Source: Candidatus Poribacteria bacterium
GTDB taxonomy: Bacteria; Poribacteria; WGA-4E; WGA-3G
Assembly: GCA_963665235.2 (NCBI GenBank)
Contig: CAXXLX010000002.1
Location: 192,001-256,000, forward strand
Direction of reading: 5' to 3'
Length of the DNA stretch: 64,000 bases
This document shows positions 30,521 to 41,305 of the stretch, piece by piece. The notes below the pieces were generated by a model. The model searched no databases, was not told where the DNA came from, and worked only from the letters and a program-made list of their open reading frames with translations. Numbering within the stretch: position 1 is the first letter of the stretch; the number at the start of each line of letters is the position of its first letter. The position numbers were made by a program, and so were the translations under genes.

Positions 30521-33239
30521 ATGAATACTCGTATTAGAACTAGTTTTTTGTTTTTCATGTTTACGTTTTTGATGTGCGTCAGTTCGTTTTTCCTAACAGA
30601 CACCGAGGCACAAGTCGGCATTGCACCGGTTGCCGCCACACAGGTCAACATTACCCCGGTTGATGCACCCGATGACTCCACCTATACTTTTGAAAGCATT
30701 GAAGTTGAGGGTGTGGATTTTTTAGCGGTGACAGCGAGTAGCGATTTTGGCGATTACGCCGGCTACACGAAAAATGCTGATGGTAAAGAGATTGCCTTTA
30801 CTATCATTGATGGCGTGTTTACGACTTACGATTTCCCCGACGCACAGAAAACCCGTTTCTATGCACTTGGGAATAACGGACAAGCGGCCGGCTACTACGT
30901 GGATAGCGAGGGTCGCCACCGGGGGGTCGTTTTGACGACAGCCGGTGAGTTGCAAGAGTATGATTTTCCAGGCTCTGTCGAAACCGAGATATGGGGCATT
31001 AGTGATTCAACGGGGAACCTGACAGGTAATTTCAAAGATGCATCTGGGGTGCGCCGTGGGTTCTCGGGTAACCAAATAATCGAGCCCCCCGGGGCAACGG
31101 AAACTTATGCAGATTTCGCAAACTTGCTAGGCGTTGTCGCGGGCAGCTACGTGGATGCTGAAGGGGTATACCGTCCCTATGGACTTCTCCCGACCGGCGA
31201 TTTTGTAAGTCCTGAGCCTCTTATAAGTCCTGAGCCTCCAGCCCCAATAAATTGGGAGTATTTTTTTGTGCACGGCCTCACCGATGCGATTGTTATTGTG
31301 GCTCGAGGGAAGGCCGTGGGGGATGTTCCGCGCACTTATGTCGGCACATTAGGAGTACTCCATGAAGTCCAGTTCCCGGGTGCCGTTAGCACGGAGGGCT
31401 GGAATATCAATCAGGACAACTCCATCGTGGGATACTATGATTTAGCAGATGGCCGCAGACACGGATTCATCGCAAAACCTGTCCGGGATGATGGTGTTCC
31501 CGATGACGCGCCTACTGAATTAAACTATACCTTTGAGAGTATTGATGTGCCGGGTGTAGACTTTTTAGAGTTGACAGCGAGTTCCGATTTTGAGGATTAC
31601 GCCGGTAACACGAAAAGTGCGGATGGTCAAAAAACAGTCGGTTTTACGCTCATCAATGGTGTCTTTAAAACCTACGATTTCCCGGGTGCAAAGAATACTT
31701 ATTTCTATGCCCTTGGGAATAATGGGAATGCTGCCGGACACTACGAGGATAGCGAAGGTAAGCACCACGGTATCGTCTTAGAAAATGGCGAATTGCGGCA
31801 ATACGATTTTCCAGAATCTGTTGAAACGGAGATATACGGGATTAGCGATGCGACCGGTGCACTGACAGGGAATTTTATAGGGACTGATGGCATTCGCCGC
31901 GGATTCTCAGGGGAAATAGTCGTTGAGGTCCCCGGGGTACCAGAAACTTTTGCGGATTTCATAAACGCGGAAGGCGTTATGGTCGGCAGTTACGTAGATG
32001 CGGATGGGATATATCATGCTTATGTGCGTATTCCTAACGGCGATTTTGTGCCCCTTCCAGGTGCACCACATCTGGAATACTTCTTTATACACGGTATCAA
32101 CGATGCGGGGTTTCTCATTTTCCGATATAAAGCGGTGGGTGCCGCTCCGCTAACAGCTGTGGGCACATTCACAGAACAAACGGAAGTTCAGTTTCCGGGT
32201 AGCGTTAGCACGGAGGGTTGGAATATCAATCAGGACAACTCTATCGTTGGGAACTATAAATCAGCAGATGGACGCGTCCATGGGTTTATCGCAAGACCCG
32301 CTGACAAGGCAGAGAGCGATCATTTTGGCAACGCCTACACCGTCACGCTGTCTAAAGGGTTGAATATGCTGTCTGTGCCGTTGGCACAGCCAACACCGAT
32401 GAATGCACAAGCACTTGCAGGGATAGCAGGTGCGACAACTGTGATAACACTTGATGCGGAAAACCAACGATTCGTGGCATGGACACCAGATGCACCCTGG
32501 TGCCGGTTTCTCAATAGAAGGTGGCAAAGGGTATATCGTCAATGTCAGAGAGGGTCGGAATTTTGCCTTTGTCGGTGCACCTTGGATGTCTCAAACGGAG
32601 GCGGCTGGCGCGCCATCTGCCGTAGCCACGCAGATGTCCAAGGAAGCGTGGGCGTTCGTTGTCGCCGGACACCTACAAGGGAAATCTGCCTTTGATGGAT
32701 ACCAAGTAAACGTCCGCAACTTGAGAACAAACAACACAATGACTGCCTCGGTAGTAGAGGATTATTTCGCCGCTGCAACCGCGGACTTAGCGGAGCGGAG
32801 CGTCGTTAAAGTCGGAGATGTGATTGAAGTGCGCGTGCTCGGACCTGATGGAAATGTTGAATCGCAGACCCGCAGTTTCAAAGTGACACCTGAACACATC
32901 GCAAACGCGGTTTTGGCTGTCAACCTTGATAACGTCGGGCAACCGATGCAGAGCCAGTTGCTGCAGAACTACCCGAACCCGTTTAACCCGGAGACGTGGA
33001 TTCCGTATCAACTCTCGGAAGATAGTCCGGTATCTATATCAATTTATGATACCACCGGTCAGTTGGTGCGGACGCTTTCACTCGGTCACCAATCCGCGGG
33101 GTTCTATAATAGTCCAGAACGCGCGGCGTATTGGGATGGACGCAATGCCCTCGGCGAACGCGTGGCGAGTGGTGTCTATTTCTATCAGTTGACAACGCCT
33201 GAGTTCCAGCAAACAAAGCGGATGCTCATTGTGAAATAG
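30521..33239 (+). pseudogene. Paralog 4 (two modules), frameshifted near 32498 (ORFs 30521-32695 and 32451-33239)
   Basis: GATGCACCCTGGTGCCGG versus GATGCACCCGATGCCGG in siblings: one extra base. Confidence 0.8.
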
Positions 33240-33520
33240 CGATTGGCTCATTGGCAATTAGCGATTGGCGATTGGCGATTGGCAAGAGAAGAAAGAGAGG
33301 GCTCTCTGTTTTCTTCCTCTTGCTATAGGTTTCCAACGGTCTCCATAAACCAACATGCTACAGGATGGACGCAGCGCGTTGATAAGTCGATATGATAATG
33401 CGATTTAGAGGGAGGCCTAGCGGGCGAGGCGACCTCGCCTAGAGGAGCGGGCTGTTTGCCCGAATACTGAGGTTTAGTGCTAAATTTGCGTCCATCCTGA
33501 TCTTAAGAGAGGTTTTTATT

Positions 33521-36199
33521 ATGCCGAATCGTATTAGAACTAGTTTTCTGTTTTTCATGTTTACGTTTTTGATGTGCGTCAGCTCCTTATTCCTAAGGAA
33601 CGCCGATGCACAAGTGGACGATGGACCCGCTGACGGTTTTGCCAGTGAGAACTATACATTTGAAACGATTGACGTTCCGGGTGTCCAGTTTTTAGCACTG
33701 ACAGCGAGTTCTGACTTTGAGGATTATGCCGGCTACACGAAAAGTGAGGATGGTGAAAAGGATGTCGGCTTTACGCTGATTGATGGCGTGTTTATGACCT
33801 ACGATTTCCCTGGTGCCCAAAACACGTATTTCTATGCACTTGGTAATGATGGGCGCGCTGCGGGCTACTACGAAGATAGCGAGGGTTTGCACCACGGTGT
33901 TATCTTGGAAGATGGTGAGATGCGGCAATACGATTTCCCCAATGCTGTGCAAACAGAGATATACGGTATTAGTGACGCGACGGGAGTATTGACGGGGACT
34001 TGGATAGATGCTGCTGGTGTTCGGCGTGGATTTACAGGAGACACAATCCTTGAGTTCCCCGGGGCAACAGCAACATTCGCTGATTTTGTCAACTCGGCAG
34101 GCAATATGTTCGGCAGCTACATAGATGCTGATGGGATATTTCAAGAATTCGCATATTCCTCGGATGGCAGGTATATAGCTTTCGATCTTGCAAACGCAGA
34201 AAATCTCGAATTCTTTTATGTGCATGGTTATAACGATGCAAAGACAAGGGTTGCCCGAGGTAAAGCGTTCGGTGATGTCACACGGACTTATCTGGGGACA
34301 TTTGTTGATGGTCTGCGTGAATTGAAGGTTCCGGGTAGCGTCAGCACAGAGGGTTATAATATCAATCAGGACGGCTCTGTTGTCGGCTTCTATGAGGCAC
34401 CCGATGGACGTAGACACGGCTTTATCGCCAAACCCGTTGAAGTCGTTGATAAACCCGTTTTCCAAATCAGTGGCTTCACCTATACTTATGAGAATATTGA
34501 TGTGCCGGGCGTAGATTTTCTGTCGTTGACAGCAAGTTCTGACTATGAAGATTACGCGGGCTACACGAAAAGTGCGGATGGCGAAAAAATGGTCGCCTTT
34601 ACCCTCATCGATGGTGTTTTTATGACCTACGATTTCCCCGGTTCACAGAACACGTATTTCTTTGCCCTCGGTAATAATGGCGATGCTGCTGGTTACTACG
34701 AAGATAGCGAGGGGCACCACCGCGGTATCGTCCTACAAAATGGCGAGTTACGCCAATACGATTTTCCGGGCTCCGTTGAAACAGAAATATACGGTATTTC
34801 TGATGCAACGGGGAAGCTGACAGGGAATTGGACAGATGCTTCCGGCGTGCGTCGCGGATTCACAGGGGACATCATCGTTGAGTATCCGGGGGCAGCGGAA
34901 ACTTTTGCCGATTTTATTAACTCACAAGGGGGGATGGTCGGCAGCTACGTAGATGACGAGGGGACCTATACGCCATACCTACGCGCTGCGGATGGCAGGT
35001 TTGTATCTTTCACCCTTCCAACCGAAGAAACTTATGAATTCTTTTATGTGCACGGTCAAACCGATACAAAGATTTGCATTGCTCGAGGCAAAGTGGTAGG
35101 TGAGGTCCCCCGAACCTATGTCGGTTCATTCCTTGGGGGGCTCCATGAATTGAAAGTTCCAGGCAGCGTTTCAACGGAAGGGTACAATATCAATCAGGAC
35201 GCTTCTGTCGTTGGGCACTATGACTCACCCGATGGACGCAGACACGGATTTATTGCCAGACTCGGGACCGAGGAAGTCAGCACTGCTTTCAGCAATGCCT
35301 ACACCGTTAAGCTGTCTAAAGGGTTGAACATGCTCTCTGTGCCATTGGCCCCCTGGGCACCCATGACAGCTAAGAGTCTTGTCGGGCTGACAGGTGCAAC
35401 AACTATCATCACACTTGATACCGCAAACCAACGTTTCATCGCTTGGACACCAAGTGCACCCGATGCCGGTTTCCCAATAGGGGGCGGAAAAGGGTATATT
35501 GTCAATGTCCCACAGGCTCGCAATTTTGCCTTCGTCGGCGCACCTTGGACAGATCTAACCGAGGCTCCTGCCGCACCTGCCATATCCACGCAGCTGCCGA
35601 AGGAGGCATGGGCGTTCGTTGTCGCCGGACACCTACAAGGGAAATCCGCCTTTGATGGCTATACGGTAAATGTCCGTAATCTGAGAACAGATAGCACGCT
35701 AACCGCCTCGGTGCAAAACGATTACTTCGCTGCGGCGACCGCAGACTTAGCGGAGCGGAGCGTCGTCAAACTTGGAGACGTGATTGAAGTACGCGTACTC
35801 GGGCCCGATGGAAACGTTGAATCGCAAACCCATAGTTTCAAAGTGACACCTGAACACATAGCAAACGCGGTACTGTCGGTCAACCTTGATAACATCGGGC
35901 AACCGATGCAGAGCCAGTTGCTGCAGAACTACCCGAACCCGTTTAACCCGGAGACATGGATTCCGTATCAACTCTCGGAAGATAGTCGCGTCTCTATAAA
36001 AATTTATGATACCACCGGTCAGTTGGTTCGGACGCTGTTGGTAGGTCATCAAGCCGCAGGTTTCTATAATAGTCCAGAACGCGCGGCGTATTGGGATGGA
36101 CGCAATGCCCTCGGTGAACGCGTGGCGAGTGGTGTCTATTTTTATCAGTTGACAACGCCTGAGTTCCAGCAAACACGGCGGCTCGTTATTTTGAAGTAG
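33521..36199 (+). CDS. Secreted repeat protein paralog 5
   Basis: Signal peptide, two modules, same C-terminal tail. Confidence 0.88.
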   Translation: MPNRIRTSFLFFMFTFLMCVSSLFLRNADAQVDDGPADGFASENYTFETIDVPGVQFLALTASSDFEDYAGYTKSEDGEKDVGFTLIDGVFMTYDFPGAQNTYFYALGNDGRAAGYYEDSEGLHHGVILEDGEMRQYDFPNAVQTEIYGISDATGVLTGTWIDAAGVRRGFTGDTILEFPGATATFADFVNSAGNMFGSYIDADGIFQEFAYSSDGRYIAFDLANAENLEFFYVHGYNDAKTRVARGKAFGDVTRTYLGTFVDGLRELKVPGSVSTEGYNINQDGSVVGFYEAPDGRRHGFIAKPVEVVDKPVFQISGFTYTYENIDVPGVDFLSLTASSDYEDYAGYTKSADGEKMVAFTLIDGVFMTYDFPGSQNTYFFALGNNGDAAGYYEDSEGHHRGIVLQNGELRQYDFPGSVETEIYGISDATGKLTGNWTDASGVRRGFTGDIIVEYPGAAETFADFINSQGGMVGSYVDDEGTYTPYLRAADGRFVSFTLPTEETYEFFYVHGQTDTKICIARGKVVGEVPRTYVGSFLGGLHELKVPGSVSTEGYNINQDASVVGHYDSPDGRRHGFIARLGTEEVSTAFSNAYTVKLSKGLNMLSVPLAPWAPMTAKSLVGLTGATTIITLDTANQRFIAWTPSAPDAGFPIGGGKGYIVNVPQARNFAFVGAPWTDLTEAPAAPAISTQLPKEAWAFVVAGHLQGKSAFDGYTVNVRNLRTDSTLTASVQNDYFAAATADLAERSVVKLGDVIEVRVLGPDGNVESQTHSFKVTPEHIANAVLSVNLDNIGQPMQSQLLQNYPNPFNPETWIPYQLSEDSRVSIKIYDTTGQLVRTLLVGHQAAGFYNSPERAAYWDGRNALGERVASGVYFYQLTTPEFQQTRRLVILK

Positions 36200-36271
36200 G
36201 GTTTATTATTTAAACATAGCACTGCTTGAAAACTCAAGCATCAACTTTAAATCTGAAGAGAGGTTTTTATT

Positions 36272-38968
36272 ATGCCGACTCGTATTAGAACCGGTTTTTT
36301 ATTTTTCATGTTTACGTTTTTGATGTGTCTCAATTCCTTTTTCTTAACGGACATCGAGGCACAAGTGAACATTGCACCGGTTGCCGCCACACAAGTCAAC
36401 ATTACACCCGTTGCTGCACCCGAAGACTCCAAGTATACTTTCGAGCGTATTGAAGTTGAGGGTGTCAATTATTTAGCGGTGACAGCGAGTAGTGACTTTG
36501 ACGATTACGCAGGATACACAAAAAGTGCTGATGGCGGAAAATATGTCGCCTTTACTATCATTGATGGCGTGTTTACGACATACCACTTCCCGGATTCACA
36601 GGAAACGCGTTTCTATGCGCTCGGGAATAATGGACAAGCGGCCGGATACTACGTGGATAGCGAGAGTAAGCGCCATGGGGTCATCTTGGAAGATGGCGTG
36701 TTGCGTCAATACGATTTCCCGGATGCTGTCGAAACGGAGATATACGGTATTTCTGATGCAACCGGGGCACTGACAGGTAATTGGACAGATGCCTCTGGCG
36801 TACGCCGTGGTTTCTCAGGGGACTTAATAATTGAGCCGCCCGGGGCAACGGCAACTTTTGCCGATTTTGTGAACGCGGAAGGCGTTATCGTAGGCAGCTA
36901 TATAGATGCTGATGGAAGATATCAGGCTTATGTGCGTACCCCGGACGAAAGGTTTGCCCTTCTCCCCCTTCCAAAAACACTAAATATTGAGTATCTTTTT
37001 CTGCACGGTATCAACGATGCCGGTGTTTTGGTTATCCGATTGGACTGGGGGCGTGGTTCGCGCACCATGGTTGGCCCATTCGATGCCATGCAGCAATTGG
37101 AGTTCCCGGGGGCCGTTAGCACACAAGGCTATAATATTAATCAGGATGGCTCTGTCGTCGGACACTATGAAACAGCAGATGGGCACAAATATGGGTTTAT
37201 CGCCAAACCCATAAGCGGCGAGCGTCCTGTTGTTGCCCCTGCTAGTACCACCTATACTTATGAGAGTATCAATTCGCCGGGTGTCGATCATTTAGCGGTG
37301 ACAGCGAGTTCCGACTTTGAGGATTACGCCGGCTACACACGGAGCCCTGGTGGTGAAAAAACAGTCGGTTTTACGCTCATTGATGGTGTTTTTACAACAT
37401 ACAATTTCCCTGGTGCACAAGAAACGCGTTTCTACGCGCTCGGGAATAATGGACAAGCGGCCGGTCACTACAAGGATAGCGACGGTAATTACCACGGTGT
37501 CATTTTGGAAAATGGGGAGATGCGGCGATACGATTATCCGGATGCCGTCCAGACATTCCTCTACGGTTATAGTGATGCCACCGGAGCACTGACAGGGGAT
37601 TTCATAGATGCGGCTGGCGTTCAGCGTGGTTTCTCAGGGGACCTAATCATTGATATACCTGGGGCAACAGCGACACACACCGATTTCGTAAACGCGGAAG
37701 GCAGTATCGTGGGCAGCTACGTGGATGCTGAAGGGACATATCATGCTTATGTGCGTCTCCGAAATGGCAGCCTTGCAACTATCGACCTTCCAACAAAAGG
37801 ACTAACTCTGGAGTACTTTTTTGTGCACGGTATCAGCGATGCAAGAAGTATTGTTGCCCGAGCCAAAGCGGTGGGGGATGTCCCGCGCACTTATGCCGGT
37901 CAATACGTGCTACATGAATTGGAGTTTCCGGGTGCCGTTAGCACACAAGGCTATAATATCAATCAGGATGGCTCTATCGTCGGACACTATGAGTCAGCAG
38001 ATGGCCGCGTACACGGTTTTATCGCCAGACCTGTTGACCAAGCAGTGAGCGAGCATTTTAGCAACGCCTACACTGTCACGCTGTCTAAAGGGTTGAACAT
38101 GCTTTCGGTGCCACTGGCACCCTGGACACCCCTGACTGCTAAGAGTCTTGTCGGGATATCAGGCGCGACGACCGTAATCACGCTTGATGCGGAAACCCAA
38201 CGGTTCGTCGCTTGGACTCCAAGTGCACCCGATGCCGGTTTCTCAATAGAAGGTGGCAAAGGGTATATCGTCAATGTCCCAGAGGCTCGCAATTTTGCCT
38301 TCGTGGGAGCTGCTTGGACAAATCAAACAGAGGCTCCGGCTGCACCTGCCATATCCACAGAGATGCCGAAGGAGGCATGGGCGTTCGTTGTTGCCGGACA
38401 CTTGGCAGGGAAATCCGCCTTTGATGGATACACGGTCACTGTCCGGAACTTGAGAACAAACACCAAGATGACCGCTTCGGTGCAAGACGATTACTTCGCC
38501 GCTGCTACCGCTGACTTAGCGGAGCGGAGCGTCGTCAAACTCGGAGACGTGATTGAAGTGCACGTACTCGGGCCCGATGGAAACGTTGAATCGCAGACCC
38601 GCAGTTTTAAAGTGACACCTGAACACATAGCCAACGCGGTACTGTCGGTCAACCTTGATAACATCGGGCAACCGATGCAGAGCCAGTTGCTGCAGAACTA
38701 CCCGAACCCGTTTAACCCAGAGACATGGATTCCGTATCAGCTTTCAGAAGATAGTCCGGTCTCTATAGGAATTTATGATACCACCGGTCAGTTGGTTCGG
38801 ACGCTGCTGGTAGGTCATCAAGCCGCAGGTTTCTATAATAGTCCGGAACGCGCGGCGTATTGGGATGGACGCAATGCCCTCGGCGAACGTGTTGCAAGTG
38901 GTGTCTATTTCTATCAGTTGACAACGCCTGAGTTCCAGCAAACACGGCGGCTCGTCATTGTGAAATAG
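36272..38968 (+). CDS. Secreted repeat protein paralog 6
   Basis: Signal peptide, two modules, same C-terminal tail. Confidence 0.88.
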   Translation: MPTRIRTGFLFFMFTFLMCLNSFFLTDIEAQVNIAPVAATQVNITPVAAPEDSKYTFERIEVEGVNYLAVTASSDFDDYAGYTKSADGGKYVAFTIIDGVFTTYHFPDSQETRFYALGNNGQAAGYYVDSESKRHGVILEDGVLRQYDFPDAVETEIYGISDATGALTGNWTDASGVRRGFSGDLIIEPPGATATFADFVNAEGVIVGSYIDADGRYQAYVRTPDERFALLPLPKTLNIEYLFLHGINDAGVLVIRLDWGRGSRTMVGPFDAMQQLEFPGAVSTQGYNINQDGSVVGHYETADGHKYGFIAKPISGERPVVAPASTTYTYESINSPGVDHLAVTASSDFEDYAGYTRSPGGEKTVGFTLIDGVFTTYNFPGAQETRFYALGNNGQAAGHYKDSDGNYHGVILENGEMRRYDYPDAVQTFLYGYSDATGALTGDFIDAAGVQRGFSGDLIIDIPGATATHTDFVNAEGSIVGSYVDAEGTYHAYVRLRNGSLATIDLPTKGLTLEYFFVHGISDARSIVARAKAVGDVPRTYAGQYVLHELEFPGAVSTQGYNINQDGSIVGHYESADGRVHGFIARPVDQAVSEHFSNAYTVTLSKGLNMLSVPLAPWTPLTAKSLVGISGATTVITLDAETQRFVAWTPSAPDAGFSIEGGKGYIVNVPEARNFAFVGAAWTNQTEAPAAPAISTEMPKEAWAFVVAGHLAGKSAFDGYTVTVRNLRTNTKMTASVQDDYFAAATADLAERSVVKLGDVIEVHVLGPDGNVESQTRSFKVTPEHIANAVLSVNLDNIGQPMQSQLLQNYPNPFNPETWIPYQLSEDSPVSIGIYDTTGQLVRTLLVGHQAAGFYNSPERAAYWDGRNALGERVASGVYFYQLTTPEFQQTRRLVIVK

Positions 38969-39260
38969 CAATTAGCAATTAGCATTTGGCATTTGGCAAG
39001 AGGTTGGGATGCTAAGCAGGTTTTTGACACGCGTTAGAGACTTCTGGTTTCCATAAGCCAACATGCTACAAGACGGACGCAGCACGTTGATAAGTCGATA
39101 TGATAATGCGATTTAGAGGGAGGCCTAGCGGGCGAGGCGACCTCGCCCCTACGAGCGTCCTGTGTGACCGGGCGGGGGGACCCCGCCCCTACGACTCTGC
39201 CAAGTCACAGCTGTGCTATAGGTGCAACTGTGACACTTTGCAAAACCTAAAAGGAGAACT

Positions 39261-41135
39261 ATGGTTCACAATATAAAAACGAAACTTCCGTTGTTAATAT
39301 GTTTAATTATCTGTTCCACAGGATATGCTGTTGCACAAGTTGGTGCCGAGATACAAATTGCAGATTACATCTTTGAACCGATTGAGGTCCCTGGTGTCGA
39401 TTTTTTGGAGGTGGCTGCAAGTAACGATTTTGGGGATTATGCTGGGAACACGCGGAGCCCTGATGGTAAGAAAAAAATCGGTTTCACATTAATCGATGGC
39501 GTTTTTACAACCTACGACTTTCCAGGGTCCGTGAATACCTATTTCTACGCGCTCGACAATACCGGAAAGGCTGCAGGACATTACAAAGGGACAGATAACC
39601 GTTATCACGGTGTCATCCTGGAGGATGGGGAACTCATGCAATACGATTTTCCGGGGGCTGTCGAGACGTTCATCTTCGGGCTTAGTGATGAAACAGGGGC
39701 ATTGAGCGGTAACATCGTTGATGAAGCGGGGGTCACGCGCGCCTTCTCAGGCAATCTGGTAATTACGTTCCCCGGAGCGGTAGCAACTTATGGGGATTTT
39801 GTCAACGCCGCGGGTGCTGTCGTCGGCAGCTATAGGGATGCCGATGATATGTTTCACGGATTTATGCGTAACCCCGATGGCAGTTTTATCACTATAGACA
39901 TTCCAGGAATGCCGAATCTTGACTACCTATTTGTGAACACCATCACTGATGTTGGGGTTATCGGTTTCAGAGCCAAAGCTGCAAACGATATTTTGCGGTC
40001 CTATATTCTCCTACCAGATAGCATCCTCTATGAAGTGCGGTTCCCAGGCAGTACTAGCACCGTCGTTAGAAATGTTAATCAGGATGGAAGTATTATCGGT
40101 TATTATGACGCAACAGACGGACGCAGAGTGGGATTCGTCGGGAGACCTGCGACAGATTCCAACGGCGGAGATTTCGGTAGGACTTTCTCGATGCATCTCT
40201 CTAAAGGTTTGAACATGCTATCCGTTCCGTTGAAGCCGACTGTCCACATGACAGCACGGTCGCTTGCCCTAAAGACAGGGGCGACAACGGTGATAGCACT
40301 CGATGCCGAAAATCAACGTTTTATAGGCTGGACCCCAAACGCGCCTGACGACGGATTTGCTATTGAAGGTGCAAAAGGGTACATCGTCAATCTCCCAAAG
40401 GAGCGCGCCGTTGTCTTCACCGGAACAGGATGGACAAATCAAACGGAGGCGGCTGGAGCCCCCACTTCTGTAGGAACGAGCTCCGGCTCGCGTCCCGAAG
40501 GAGCCTGGGCGTTCGTTGTCAGTGGTAGGATTGGGAAACCTGAAGAAACACCCAAGCAAAAACACCCCTACGAAGGTAAAACCGCGTATGATGGATACAA
40601 GGTAAGCGTCCGGAACTTGAGAACGAACAGCACGCTAACCGCCACAGTAGAATCGGATTACTTCGCTGCTGCAACTGCCGATTTGGCGCAGCGGAGCGTT
40701 GTCCAAGTGGGAGACACTGTGGAATTACACGTCGTCAGTCCAGCGGGAAATGTTGAATCGCAAACCTTCAGTTTTAAAGTGACCCCCGAGCACATAGCCA
40801 ACGCGGTTTTGTCTATCAACCTTGATAGCATCGGTCAACCGGTGCAGAATCGGTTGTTGCAGAACTACCCGAATCCGTTTAATCCAGAGACATGGATTCC
40901 GTATCAACTCTCCGAAGACAGTCCGGTATCTATAACGATTTATGATACAACGGGTAGGTTGATTCGGACGCTTTTGGTCGGTTATCAAGCCGCGGGTTTC
41001 TATAATAGTCGGGAGCATGCTGCGTATTGGGATGGACGAAATGCCCTCGGTGAACAGGTGGCGAGTGGTGTCTATTTTTACCAGTTAGCAACCCCCTCGT
41101 TCCAGCAAACGCGGCGGCTTGTTATTGTGAAGTAG
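39261..41135 (+). CDS. Secreted repeat protein paralog 7 (one module, most divergent)
   Basis: Distinct signal peptide, one module, same tail. Confidence 0.88.
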   Translation: MVHNIKTKLPLLICLIICSTGYAVAQVGAEIQIADYIFEPIEVPGVDFLEVAASNDFGDYAGNTRSPDGKKKIGFTLIDGVFTTYDFPGSVNTYFYALDNTGKAAGHYKGTDNRYHGVILEDGELMQYDFPGAVETFIFGLSDETGALSGNIVDEAGVTRAFSGNLVITFPGAVATYGDFVNAAGAVVGSYRDADDMFHGFMRNPDGSFITIDIPGMPNLDYLFVNTITDVGVIGFRAKAANDILRSYILLPDSILYEVRFPGSTSTVVRNVNQDGSIIGYYDATDGRRVGFVGRPATDSNGGDFGRTFSMHLSKGLNMLSVPLKPTVHMTARSLALKTGATTVIALDAENQRFIGWTPNAPDDGFAIEGAKGYIVNLPKERAVVFTGTGWTNQTEAAGAPTSVGTSSGSRPEGAWAFVVSGRIGKPEETPKQKHPYEGKTAYDGYKVSVRNLRTNSTLTATVESDYFAAATADLAQRSVVQVGDTVELHVVSPAGNVESQTFSFKVTPEHIANAVLSINLDSIGQPVQNRLLQNYPNPFNPETWIPYQLSEDSPVSITIYDTTGRLIRTLLVGYQAAGFYNSREHAAYWDGRNALGEQVASGVYFYQLATPSFQQTRRLVIVK

Positions 41136-41305
41136 CGATTGGCGATTGGCGTGGCAATTGGCAAAGAAAGGGCGTATCGGGCGAGGGGCACTCGCCCAGA
41201 GGAGCGGGAAACCGTTGGTTTCCCGAATCCTGATGCGGTTTCTGCGTAGGGGTGGGGTTTCCCCGCCCTATTGGCGGTATTGCTTACTACATCCGTCACC
41301 TATTG

